Shown piece by piece: positions 24,693 to 36,739 of a stretch of 64,000 bases of DNA. Position 1 is the stretch's first letter; every line of letters starts with the position of its first letter. The notes below the pieces were generated by a model. It was given only the letters and a program-made list of their open reading frames with translations, had not been told where the DNA came from and searched no databases. The DNA is from Podarcis liolepis. Lineage: Eukaryota. The stretch is from NCBI GenBank assembly GCA_965112155.1, contig OZ218110.1; one strand, 5' to 3'. The position numbers and the translations under genes are program-made.

Positions 24693-24891
24693 TTAATTTA
24701 GGTTACCTTGAAGTAAAATGCTTGCGTTCTGAATATGTCCACATGAGGGCAGCAGAGGATTTGGTATGAATCTAGAGAGTTGACACTTTTATGGGAAGGT
24801 GTTGGTCATTTGCAGAAAATTAATGAGGTACCAGGCAAAAATATTCCTCTTCTACCTGGCCTTTGGTTAATTAAACAATCTATGGCCTTTT

Positions 24892-24930
<39 letters not shown>

Positions 24931-25731
24931 CATTATTTTTGTTTGTTAATATGCCATATGTTTCTGTGTTTTTATATTGTAAAGTGCCCCTTAATCTTTG
25001 GAGGAAGGGCAGTATAGAAATTTAATTAATAATAATAATGAAGTGAATATAAAATGCTCCTGTTTGCTATCCTAGGTGCAAGAAAGGGGGAAGTGAAAGG
25101 AATCAATGGCATTGCATTCTAAATGGATAGAACTTTGCCTCTGTGTGCTGCAAACTAATTAGTATTGACTTTAAGACGGTGCAGTACTCAATATGTCCAC
25201 ATGGCTGCAGCAGAGGATTAGAAAAAATCAAGTTTAGTGGGGAGGGAATTTCTTGAAGAGAAATTAATAGAAAAGGACAAATTGTTTTAAGCTTCAGTAA
25301 GCTTGTTAATGGAATTTTGTTACTGTATTTTTAAGTATATTATGCTGTAAGTCAATCGGACTAGAATGTACAAGAGTGAGATATACATTATAAAATATTA
25401 TCATTTCTACTCCCACTTGTGATTATAGATGTGACAAGTAACGGAAGGAAATAGAGGTTTTTCCGCAGTGCAGCAAATAATCTTTTCTTGACTTCAAGAG
25501 GCTGCAGTACTCAATATGTCCACATGAGTGCAGCAGAGGGTTTGGGGAAAAACCCTAGCAAATTCAAATTCAGTGGGGAGGGGTAGGAATTGTGAAGACA
25601 AATGCATGGGGTTTGGAAATTGCTGCTTTAAACTTAAATTATTATATTAGCAGTAGTTTATGACTGCACTTTATGTGTTTTGTTTACATTCACTCTGAGT
25701 ATGAACGTAGAAGAGATATAAGTAAGAAGTA

Positions 25732-26327
25732 CAGTGGTGCCCCGCAAGACGAATGCCTCGCAAGACGAAAAACTCGCTAGACGAAAGGGTTTTGCGGTTT
25801 TTGAGCTGCTTCGCAAGACGAATTTCCCTATGGGCTTGCTTCGCAAGACGAAAACGTCTTGCGTTTTTTGCAAGTTTGTTTCCTTTTTCTTAACACCGTT
25901 AATACAGTTGCGACTTGACTTCGAGGAGCAACTCATAGAATGCGGTATGGTAGCCCTTTTTGAGGTTTCTGGTGGTTTTTGAAGCTTTTCCAAAACTGTT
26001 CTGACACCGTGCAAGACGAAAAACTCGCTAGACGAAAGGGTTTTTTGTTTTTTGAGCTGCTTCGCAAGACGAATTTCCCTATGGGCTTGCTTTGCAAGAC
26101 AAAAACGTCTTGCAAGTTTGTTTCCTTTTTCTTAACACCGTTAATACAGTTGCGACTTGACTTCGAGGAGCAACTCATAGAATGCGGCGTGATAGCCTTT
26201 TTTGAGGTTTTTGGTGATTTTTGAAGCTTTTCCAAAACTTTTCCGACACCGTGCTTCGCAAGACGAAAAATTCGCTTAACGAAAAAACTCGTGGAACGAA
26301 TTAATTTCGTCTTGCGAGGCACCACTG
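25732..26327. mobile_element. Tigger-like MITE (family A TIRs) with an internal ~250-bp tandem duplication
   Basis: Family-A TIRs, TA TSD; 25760-26010 is repeated at 26011-26255. Confidence 0.88.
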
Positions 26328-28659
26328 TATAATGAATTCTACTTGTGAACATAACTGGGCCCCCAGCACCTCCCTATGCAGAAAGCCCTCTTGCAACAGA
26401 TCCACTTAAAAATGACAACTGGACTTTTTGCCGTTTAGAAAGTAATGGGCAAATGCGCTGAAAAGTGTGGGATGAACAAATGAACAAGTGATTAATGGAA
26501 AGGGGTGCATTAGCACTGCGCCGGCAAATCTCATTGTCATACAACTGCCCCAGAAACAAATCTTATGCATATTATGCTGTAAGCCACTCTTGAGTAGAAA
26601 TTTAGTAGAGTGAGATGTAAATGATAAATTATTATCATTTACGCTTCTAGTTCTGTGACCCCTGCCCTACATCCTTATGCAGTGCTAGCACACTTGCAAA
26701 GCTAAGCAGGGTCCAGTATTGTTTCAAATTGAGTGAGGGATCATGTGCTGATTCCTGAATTGCAGGGGGCTGGGCCAGATGATCCCTTCCAATTCAACGA
26801 TTCTATGAAATCAAAGTTTGTGTGTTGCACATTAAATTTTGACTTTAAGAGGGTGCAGTACTGAATACGTCCACATGGGTGCAGCAGAGGATTAGGAGAA
26901 AACCCCTAGCAAGTTCCACGTTTAGTGGGGAGAGGCAGGAACTGTGAAGACAAACACATGGGGGGGGATGGAAATCACTGTTTTAAGCCTAAATTATTCT
27001 GTTAACAGTGTCTTATTGCATTTTTAGTGTATTATTGATATACATCCATATATACATCCATTTGTCATGGATGCTTTAAGTGAGATTCCTGCATTGTAGA
27101 GGGTTTTACTAGACCCTTTGGATCTCTTACAACTTTACAATTGTATGATTTTATGATTATGCTGTCAGCCACTCTGAGTATGAATGTGGAAGAAGGAGAT
27201 AAAAGTAATAAATGATTTTGATTTTGACTTCTGTTTGTGAGTGCAGGTGTGACTCTCTACTGCAGCAAACCCCACATATATAATTAAAGCACCTGGACCT
27301 TTCACAGTTTTTAAAGCAAATGCATTGAAAGGTCAACAAATGATTAATGGGAAGACGTCCCAAACACCCCACAAGCAAATAAGGATGGATGCTGAATAAA
27401 CGGGTCATCTTTTGCATTCCATCTGATGTATTAACGAATAATTGATTTTAAGGTACTGTCACTCAACATGTCCAGGAGAGGGAAGCAGAGTATTAGGAAA
27501 GAGTCTAGCTAGAAGGTTCTGGTTTCGTGGGGAGGGGCAGAGAACTTGCAGAGAAATGAAGGGAATACAACTTTTGACATAGAATTGCAGAGTTGGAAGT
27601 GCCCGCGAGGATCATCTACACCAACGCCCTGAAATGCAGGAATCTTACACCCAACGTGGAGTTCAAACTCATGATGCTGAGATTAAGAGCTATTCCTCAG
27701 ATATCCTTCTGCTATTTCATTTATTAAATGTATTCTCCTTAAATGTATTCTCCCCTCCTTCCTCCCAACACACTGGTGATAAAGCAATGCGAGAAAGAAG
27801 AACGTATTTAGAAACAATTTAGCAGGTAAAAACAATTGGAACAATAACACCTAAAACACGTTTTGTGAATGCCCTGTAATATACAGGAATGGTGGAAGTG
27901 AACCGAGCATTTAGAACTGGGAGCGTCTGTTTAAACCATTTCTGCTGCATGCCTGGTAGTGACCTGCAGGTGGCATAAGGGAGGTGGATGTTTTGGGGTG
28001 TATTTTAGTTTAATTCACACAGATCCATGGCTGTGTCCCCTTGGACTGGGGTTGCAAACTGGGCACAGTTGTGCCTCCCTTGCCACATGTCACTTTCCTT
28101 GGTGGTTGCTCCCCTAAACTTTTTTAAGGAACAGGGTTCCAAGCTCTATTCCAACCGGCAAATAATTTCAGTCATTGCTGCTGCTCTCAAGCTGTCGACC
28201 AGCAGGTGGCGTTACAAGGGCCTGGACAATCTCATGCCCATAGGGCTTCCTGTCACGCTCTAAAAGCCCTTGGTCTGATATATATAATATATATTATTAT
28301 ATTAGAAGTAACCAGATTTATTGAGTAAACATACAACTGCAAAATAAAAATCAGCCCAAATTTCCCTGTGAAAGAACAGATGTTTGCGTCGGCTAACCCC
28401 TTGCCAATGTCCCCTCAGGAATGGCGGCAAAGGCTTTCACTGGAATCATATGGAGATGCTCAGTAATCAAAATACTGTATTGAAACCGAATTTTCTAAAA
28501 TGGATTCTGAGGTTGTGCCTGTGCCAGTATAGCAGGACAGGGGTGCCCATGTGCTGCTTCAGGATGCCAGTGTGCCCACCACTATGTCCCATGGTCCCTT
28601 AAAAAGTCCTCAGTAAATGTCCCCTCAAAACTCCAGGACGCATGTGGTCAGAGGGCCTA

Positions 28660-29537
28660 CCCCCACCATTTTTTGTTCTTGTGTTATGCCACACCCCTGC
28701 AGCTGCCATTTTGTGTCATCCAGATACCTATGGCAGCCATTTTGTCTTGTGCCACATACAAAACAGCAGCCATTTTATATTGTGCCACATGTCGGAAGAT
28801 GAGCCGATAAGGCCTCATCTTCCTCCGAGCTTAGGCTTTGAAATCGCCTCTGAAGTGTTTAATGACCTGAGCCTTTGATAAGGCTTCAAGCACATTCTAT
28901 CCAGCAGGGTTCCCAGCACAGGGAAGAGATGAGAGGTTTGGCTACATTGTAAAGAGTTTTATTTCTAAACTACACAGAACAGAAAAGACATCCTCTCTCT
29001 ATGAAAGCAGAGAGCAGCTGAACAAAGGAAGAAAGGAACAAAGGAAACCACTAACGTCACATCTCATCTCCCTTTCCCGTGAGACTGCAAGGTCTCTGGA
29101 ATGTAAACAGAGTCCTGTGACTCCACACAGCTGCTCAGTGAGAAACAGAAACTAACACCACACACAGAGCAGCCATTTTGTCTTGTGCCCCCCCAAACAC
29201 CACAGCAACCATTTTTTCTTGAGCCACACATACACCACAGCAGCCATTTTTTATCGTGCCCCCTCACACCACGGCAGCCATTTTGTCTTGTGCCACATAC
29301 AAAACAGCAGCCATTTTGTCTTGTACCACACACACACCTCACAGCAGCCATTTTATATTGTGCCACACACACACACACACACACAGAGCAGACATTTTAT
29401 TTTGTGGCACCCCCCCCACAGCAACCATTTTGTCTTGAGCCACACATACACCACAGCAACCATTTTGTCTTGTGCCACATACAAAACAGCAGCCATTTTG
29501 TCTTGTGCCACACACACAGCAGCCATTTTATATTGTG

Positions 29538-29578
<41 letters not shown>

Positions 29579-29665
29579 GGGCAGACATTTTATTTTGTGG
29601 CACACCCCCCCCCACAGCAACCATTTTGTCTTGAGCCACACATACACCACAGCAGCCATTTTGTG
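28660..29665 (+). repeat. Minisatellite of (CA)GCAGCCATTTT units (YY1-like motif) with CA runs
   Basis: Many ~30-bp units each containing GCAGCCATTTT or GCAACCATTTT. Confidence 0.85.
28790..29157 (-). mobile_element. Solo LTR inserted in the minisatellite
   Basis: TGTCGG..CTAACA ends, 5-bp TSD CCACA (28785-28789 / 29158-29162), minus-strand AATAAA near 28960. Confidence 0.75.
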
Positions 29666-29936
29666 ACTGGCACACTTGGCACTTCCTCAAAACCCCAAAT
29701 GTGCCCCGTGTGGTAGAGGAATTAGATGCTAACTGACCCTACTAACTGTGACGACCAGTCAGGCCTTGGGAAGGTGATAGGCACCGGAGGTTTTAAAAAA
29801 CTGTCATTTCAATTGTTGTTTTTGGATACAATAACCTTGCAAGAGATTTCTTGTTGCCCATTTCCCTCGACATGCTCCGGGGAGGAATATGCATTTGATA
29901 CAGAAATATAAACAACTAACTCTGGAGGCTCAGAAG

Positions 29937-30026
29937 CATAGCTGTCAACTTTTCCCTTTTCTTGCAGGGAATCTTATTCGGAATAAGGGCATTTCCCTTA
30001 AAAAAAGGGAAACGTTGACAGCTATG
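29937..30026. mobile_element. 90-bp hAT-like MITE (same family as 18088)
   Basis: TIR CATAGCTG, 8-bp TSD CTCAGAAG. Confidence 0.85.
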
Positions 30027-30093
30027 CTCAGAAGGGTTTTTTGGCTGAGGCCTCATCTGAACTATACATTTAAAGTGCTATGATATCTCTTTA

Positions 30094-30613
30094 CAGTGGT
30101 GCCTCGCAAGACGAAATTAATTCGTTCTGCAAGTTTTTTCTTCTTGCGAGTTTTTTGTCTTGCGAAGCACGGTTTCCCATAGGAATGCATTGAAAATCAA
30201 TGCGTTCCTATGGAGACCGTCCGGGGACAGAGGGGAAGCGCCGCTCTGTCCCCTCTTTTGAAGCAAGGGGCAGAGAGGAGAAGATCGCTTCTCCCCCTTG
30301 CCGCCCCTTGGTTCAAAAGGGGTCCAGGGAGAGAGGGGAAGCGCTGCGCCTTCCCCTCTGACCCCGGAGCTTGCGGGGCTGGCAACGGGGAGAAGCGATC
30401 TTCTCCGCGCCGCCCCTTGCTTCAAAAGAGGTCCGGGGACAGCGGGGAAGACGCGCTGCGCTTCCCGCTATCCCCGGAGCTTGCGGGGCAAGCTTCATTT
30501 TGCGAAGCAAGCCCATAGGGAAATTCGTCTTGCGAAGCAACTCGAAAACGAAAAAACCTTTCGTTTTGCGAGTTTTTCGTCTTGCGAGGCGTTCGTCTTG
30601 CGGGGCACCACTG
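30094..30613. mobile_element. Tigger-like MITE (family A TIRs, GC-rich internal repeats)
   Basis: Family-A TIRs, TA TSD. Confidence 0.88.
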
Positions 30614-30984
30614 TATACACTCATGGCTTCCCCCAAAGAATCCTTGGGACTGTAGTTTGCTAAGGGTGCTGAGAGCTGTTAGGAGACCCCTATTTCCCTC
30701 ACAGAGTTAGGGGGTGGGTGTGCTAGGTGTTCATCTGGGGTGCTGAGCTGAGCTCAGTGGCTGGGCTTCCCCCCATGTACTGTCTGCAGTGAGCTAAGGT
30801 GGAAAAAGCAAATGCCTGCACTGAGCTGAGGAGGGAGACAAGTTGCATTTTTTGAGTTCGTTCTCAGAAGTTCCCACATATCTCAGTCAGTAGAGCATGA
30901 TATTCTTAATCTCAAGGTTGTGCATTGGGCAAAAAAGATTTGTAACACTTGTAAAAAAAAGAAAGTGGGCGGGGGGGGGGGAAG

Positions 30985-31350
30985 CAGCTAGGGTAGAAGA
31001 CTGAAGAGGACGCTACAGCTTGGGAGGCTAGTATATACCGGAAGAATAAGAAATCACGATAAGAAACTTTTTATGAAATAATGGAAATGGTTCATTGAAT
31101 ATTTACAGATAAATTGCAAACAGATGAAAAACATTGGCAGGGTTTTAGTAATAACCTGCAGTTTCATAAGAGTATATATTTAAAGTGGATAAATAAATGA
31201 GTAAATTAAATGAATTGGGATATGCAGAAGATGTTAAAAAAAATTAAGGAACCGCAGAAAGAGGGGGAAGGAAGTCAAACTTTGAAATGTTAAAATGATT
31301 GTAAAATTAATGAAATGTGCAAACTTGAAAAGTATAAATAAAAACTTTTT
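30985..31350 (+). mobile_element. L1 3'-end fragment
   Basis: Resembles the ORF2 end and A-rich 3'UTR of the L1 at 405-2738 (GRIR.. motif), ending AATAAAAA. Confidence 0.55.
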
Positions 31351-31837
31351 AAAAAGTATATAGTGATCATTTTATTTGAATGCCGCTTTTCCATAGTTCC
31401 AAGCTATGCCCAAGGTGGCTTATAACATGGAAAAAATCACACAATTACAAACAGAATAAAAGTCGTCATAACAATAAATAAAACAAAGTACACAACCGAA
31501 CTGAAACAATTTCCACATAAATCACAAGATCTAAAATTAAGATGCAAAACATGAATATCTGTAACAGCAACAACCCCCATAACGAAAATAAACCTAAAAA
31601 GTTCCCCAGCCTGAGAGTCTGTCCCTTTAATGCTAGTGATACACAAGACTACTTATTCCTGTGTGATATTAAAGTACAGGTTCTTGTTTAAATAAATAAA
31701 AAGATTTCTATATACTGCACATAAACGGAAGACTAGTTATAGCACTCCAAGAGAGGGCCTACTTGTTGCAAATGAGTAAGGGAGTGTTGGAGCTCAGAGA
31801 GGAGAACTTGCAGGAGGCGCCATTTTGTGTGTGTGCA

Positions 31838-31838
<1 letters not shown>

Positions 31839-31886
<48 letters not shown>

Positions 31887-31995
31887 TTATTATTTGTACC
31901 CCGCCCATCTGGCTGGGTTTCCCCAGCCACTCTGGGCGGCTTCCACAGAAACCAAAAAACACTAAAATATCATACATTAAAAGCTTCCCTGAATA
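31839..31995 (-). mobile_element. L2-like LINE 3' tail
   Basis: (AAT)n plus reverse complement of the 3'UTR seen at 12550-12694. Confidence 0.8.
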
Positions 31996-32159
31996 GAACA
32001 TAATAAAGCACATTGGCCTGTGACTCCATGAGAGTAATCCTTTGAGAGCCACCCCACAAGATGAAAGCTTCTCTGGGGATCCTGAAACTTGAGGAATGCA
32101 CTGAAAGCAGAACAGTGCAAAGAAGAGGTAGCTCAGTTTGTGGAGACCTTCTCATAGAC

Positions 32160-32295
32160 CAGGCATCCCCAAACTCGGCCCTCCAGCTGTTTTGGGACTA
32201 CAACTCCCATCATCTGTGACCACTGGTCCTGTTAGCTAGGGATGATGGGAGTTGTAGTCCCAAAACAGCTGGAGGGCCGAGTTTGGGGATGCCTG
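32160..32295. mobile_element. hAT-like palindromic MITE
   Basis: Long TIR CAGGCATCCCCAAACTCGGCCCTCCAGCTG.., 8-bp TSD TCATAGAC. Confidence 0.9.
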
Positions 32296-35246
32296 TCATA
32301 GACACTGCCGGGGGGGGGGGGAGCCTGGCAGAAGCAGGCTTGTTTTGCAATCCTGCACAAGCTACACAACTTGGTGACGCTGCAAAGCTGCAGACCTGCT
32401 TGGAGGGGGCAATTGGGGGGCCTGTACAAACCAAGGGGTTCCTTGGTTCCTGCACATACCATTGGCCACCAATGGTGAGTGAGCGCCTAAGATTTCCAGG
32501 CAAGTTGCCACTGGAGAGTAATTTTTCTGTGGCCACAGAAAAAGGCGCATTATTGGTGTGAGGCCAGGCCTTCCTTCTTGAGAAGGCCACAGCCGGCAAG
32601 ACCTATGAGGCTTAGCCCTATTGTGGCAGAAAGAAGCTCTGCCACAAAATTTGTCGTCCGTGAATGCAGTAATTATTGCACGTGGGCCCGAGCTTTTGTG
32701 CACGCATGCATGGGCCCTTGTAGGGGTGTGGCAGCAGAAGGCCCCCAAATACCACACCTGCTCCAGGTGCCATAAACCCTTTGGAAAGCTGACCACAGTA
32801 GGAGACACTCCTTGCCCAGGGCGCTGTTTCTCCAGGGCTGACTTTGCTTACAAGTCCCCGAGTGGTTTGATCTCCAGGGAAATCTGGGAATTGTAGTTCT
32901 GTGAGGGGAAGACGTGTCTCCTAACAAGTCTCAGTGCCCTGAGGAGACTACAGTTTCCAGGAATCATTCGGGGAAGCTATGACTGTTCAGTGTTGTACCA
33001 CAATGCTTTAATAGTAATTTTGGCCTACAATCTCAGTCATTTTGGACTCATTGGCTAGAGGACCTGGGTTTGTGTTCACTGTATTGAGGCAATGGTTAAC
33101 ATGGTGGTTTTGTGATGAAGAAGTTGCAACAAACAACAGTTCTCTGCTGGAGTCCTCTCAGCCATGCAGACTCCACCCACTTCCACCATTGTTCAGGGAT
33201 CATCTGCAAACTCCCACCCTAATCCCTCTTGTAAAGAGATGTCTGCAAATCATTACAATCACTCCAGGCAGAATGTTGTTTGCAGATTTCCCTTCTTATA
33301 TATCTATAAGAAAAAGGACTAGAGGTTGATACTGTGTAAACACCATACACTTCAAGACACCCCTCCGCAATAATCATGGGAACTGTAGTTCACCCTTTCA
33401 TAGATTCCCAACACCCTTAAACTACAACATATTCTGGAAGAAGCAGGCCGCTGAGTATCAGTAATGATTAGTATAAACCCAAAGTGTTCTTTTGCAGGGG
33501 TGCTTTTCTGGCAAACACAAGCAGGGAAGTGAAACTGAGGACAGAAGTCATTTCGAGAGTTTACAATGCTTGTAAGGAGTTTGCACATGGGGAGCTAAAG
33601 TTTGTTGTTGCACGCTTGAAGCTGACTCCTGTGCAGGATTACTTGGAAATAAACCCCTCTGCATTTGGAGCGGAGTGGGGCTCACTCCCTGTTCCATGTA
33701 AGTGTGCGTGGTGCTAAGAAGCCATAGACTGCAAGCTCTCATGTAAACAACAGCAGCCCACTAAACTTTAGGGGTAACTAACATATTGTCCAGTATGGCC
33801 CTTACTTCCAAGCAAGCATGCGTAAGATTGATCTGTTTGGGTAATGATTCCCCAACTGTGGACCGTAGACCGCCAGTGGTCTGCGAGCTTCATTCAGATG
33901 GTCCATGGTGTGCCTTCAAAAATACAGTTTCAAATCACACAGCATCTAGCCCAGTGTATTTCAACTGATACAACAGGCGGAAAAACCGTTAAGAAGTCCA
34001 CCAAGACTGTCTGCAATTTTCAAGTGGTTCATTGAGTGTGTGTATGCCTAGAGGGGTGGGGGGAGTTTGGGAACCATTGTGCTAGAGTTCATCCGCACCA
34101 ACTGTGTAGATCACCCTCGTACTACTCTGACTGTCATGGCTTTCCCCATAGAATCCTGGGAACTGTAGTTTGTTAAGGCGACTGGGGATTCGCCTAACAG
34201 CGCTCAGCACCATTAAAAACTACAGTTCCCAGGGTTCTTTGGGGGATGGGGGTAAGCCATGACTGTCAGTGGTGGAAGAGTGCTTTAAAAGGTATGGCTG
34301 TGAGCTTTGTCTCCTAGAAAGTAAGGTTTGGAGCAGCAAATCTTACACCCATTCTGAGGTGACTGTGGGTGGCTGTGGAAAATCTGCTCTTTTGGGGGCT
34401 TTCCCCATGTTCATTTCTCTTCACATGATCTGCGAATGCCGTTATATATTTGTGCCTTGCTTTTCTTCCCAGGATCTCAAGTCTGCGTCCATCTCCATCT
34501 CCTTCCACCCTTTTATCTTCACTTGACAGATTAAACTGAGTTAGTACATGTACCCAGGCATAGATTGTCTTTCCCACAGATGGCCTGTTGGGTTGGGATG
34601 GTGGGGAGAAAGCACGACCCCCCCAGTACACATACAGTGCAACTGGCCCGAGAAATCCTGTTAGCAGGATTGTGCGGTGCAAAGTGTGGTGTGCATGGTA
34701 CAAAGACCTGCAATTCACACCACTCTTTCAAAACACATTTCCCCCTCTCAAGGAATTCTGGGCACTGTACTGCGTTAAATTGGACGAGAGAGGGAGTTAG
34801 GGCTGTGCCTCTCCTTTACAGCCAGGCACCCCCGAGTTTAGCTTATTGTTTACTTGGTTTATAACAAAGTAAGCAGGCACTATTTTCTAATTGCATGCTA
34901 GATGTGCTGTCTGCCCCTTATTCGCTTACTGTAGATTGGGTGGGGGTGCAAGGTCAGAGCTCAGGAGCAGAGCATCTACTTTGCCTGCAGAAAGTCCCTG
35001 GTTCAACCCAGGTCTCTGGCAGACCACCAGGCCTCCTCTCCTTCAACTGGAGGCAGCCATTCCACCAGACTGCCTCAGTAGGGGAGATACGGGAAGCAAA
35101 GCTTGTTCCACCAGTTTTGCCGAAAACACCAGCTCCACCAGGCACTTCTTACCCCTGAACTGTGCTAGTTGGTTGCAGAGCAGGTCCCTGAGTTTGATTT
35201 CCCCCCTCTTCTCTTCCTGTCCCTTTCTCCTTGTGTGCCTTTTGTT

Positions 35247-35643
35247 TTAGAATCATAGGATCATAGAATCATAGAGTTGGAAGAGACCACAAGTGCCATC
35301 GAGTCCAACCCCCTGCCAAGCAGGAAACACCATCAGAGCACTCCTGACATATGGTTGTCAAGCCTCTGCTTAAAGACCTCCAAAGTAGGAGACTCCACCA
35401 CACTCCTTGGCAGCAAATTCCACTGTCGAACAGCTCTTACTGTCAGGAAGCTCTTCCTAATGTTTAGGTGGAATCTTCTTTCTTGTAGTTTGGATCCATT
35501 GCTCCGTGTCCGCTTCTCTGGAGCAGCAGAAAACAACCTTTCTCCCTCCTCTATGTGACATCCTTTTATATATTTGAACATGGCTATCATATCACCCCTT
35601 AACCTCCTCTTCTCCAGGCTAAACATGCCCAGCTCCCTTAGCA
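35247..35643 (-). mobile_element. CR1 LINE 3' end
   Basis: Minus-strand peptide [36 protein letters not shown], with an 8-bp (ATTCTATG)n tail. Confidence 0.92.
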
Positions 35644-35703
35644 GTTTAGACTGTATGCCTGCAGGCAGGGACTGTCTTGTTTCTGCAGGGCAAACAGAAA
35701 ATA

Positions 35704-35945
35704 CAGTGATACCTCTGGTTAAGTACTTAATTCGTTCCGGAGGTCCATTCTTAACCTGAAACTGTTCTTAACCTGAAGCACCACTTTAGCTAATGGGGCC
35801 TCCTGCTGCCGCCGCGCTGCCGGAGCACAATTTCTGTTCTCATCCTGAAGCAAAGTTCTTAACCTGAAGCACTATTTCTGGGTTAGCGGAGTCTGTAACC
35901 TGAAGCGTATGTAACCGGAAGTGTATGTAACCTGAGGTACCACTG
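35704..35945. mobile_element. Tigger-like MITE family C
   Basis: CAGTGATACCTCTGGTTA..TAACCTGAGGTACCACTG; near-identical to 57669-57910. Confidence 0.88.
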
Positions 35946-35991
35946 TACACACCACAATTGCCTCATTGCGTAAATCATGTTCAGAATACCA

Positions 35992-36161
35992 CAACACACA
36001 CGTAACTGGCTGTAAAGTAACATAACATTAACATTATATATAAAGTTTTATATATAATAAAACTGTAATCTAATCATCATATCAAAAATTATATGATGAT
36101 TAGATTACAGTTTTATTATATATAATGTTATGTTACTTTACAGCCAGTTACATGTGTGTTG
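35992..36161. repeat. ~170-bp AT-rich inverted repeat (hairpin)
   Basis: Arms caacacac..gtaactggctgtaaagtaacataacatta..ataaaactgtaatctaatcatcatat and its reverse complement, around an 8-nt loop near 36083-36090. Confidence 0.9.
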
Positions 36162-36739
36162 GGGCAAACCAGCTTGGACCCTTTGCCTAGAGAGCATGAA
36201 ACAAGCGGAAAACCTCTTGGACTCATGCTTTGTAGACACAGGACAAGCGAATTGTGGATGAGCCCATGGTATAAGGCAGCTTCCTCTGTTCACACAACCT
36301 CTGCTGACACAGTCCTTGGGATGAAGAGCTCTTCTTCAATTACCATTCATTCAATTTAAAACATATGCAGAAGACCCTGTGACTGGAAGTTAGGACAGTG
36401 TTGAATGTGATGATATTAGCTGCTTTGAAACCCACCCTGACCAGCCTGAGACTTCCATTTCTCCTCTGCGTTCACTCCTCTGGGCCCTCTGATACATCTC
36501 CTGGCTTGGGTTGGTTATGGGGGAGCATGCAAACCTCTCAGTTGCTGTGATATAAGGGATAAAAGACTACACACATTTTTTATGAATCAGTATTGGGCAA
36601 AACAAAACTTCTTCTCTCATCCAGTATCTGTGACAGGCATTTTTTTGGGGGGTGCCTCATGGATTGTCACATTTGTTGAAGTAGTTCTTTTTCAGTCATG
36701 CCACTGGGAGCTCTTTAGCTGAGAGCAGTACCCAGAATC

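Larger units (their letters stand above)
23790..28215 (+). promoter_or_regulatory. Tandem array of co-oriented CTCF-like binding elements (candidate IgH 3' boundary / 3'CBE)
   Basis: Cores at 23797 CCACACGATGGCAGC, 24739 CCACATGAGGGCAGC, 25197 CCACATGGCTGCAGC, 25520 CCACATGAGTGCAGC, 26871 CCACATGGGTGCAGC, 27472 CCAGGAGAGGGAAGC, 27963 CCTGCAGGTGGCA and 28199 CCAGCAGGTGGCG. Three are preceded by the upstream module TGCAGTAC (25180, 25503, 26854). Confidence 0.65.

Noticed and set aside
24720-27500. Regularly recurring ~35-bp motif resembling a CRISPR or RSS array
   Set aside because: Eukaryotic DNA; spacers are long and mutually homologous; no CACAGTG/ACAAAAACC heptamer-nonamer. Better explained as CTCF-like sites.
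29064-29716. His/Thr/Cys-rich ORFs
   Set aside because: Translations of the minisatellite and CA repeats.
15862-30663. Recurrent ORFs with RKT..LLRK / [14 protein letters not shown] peptides
   Set aside because: Chance frames within non-autonomous MITE copies; no transposase motifs.
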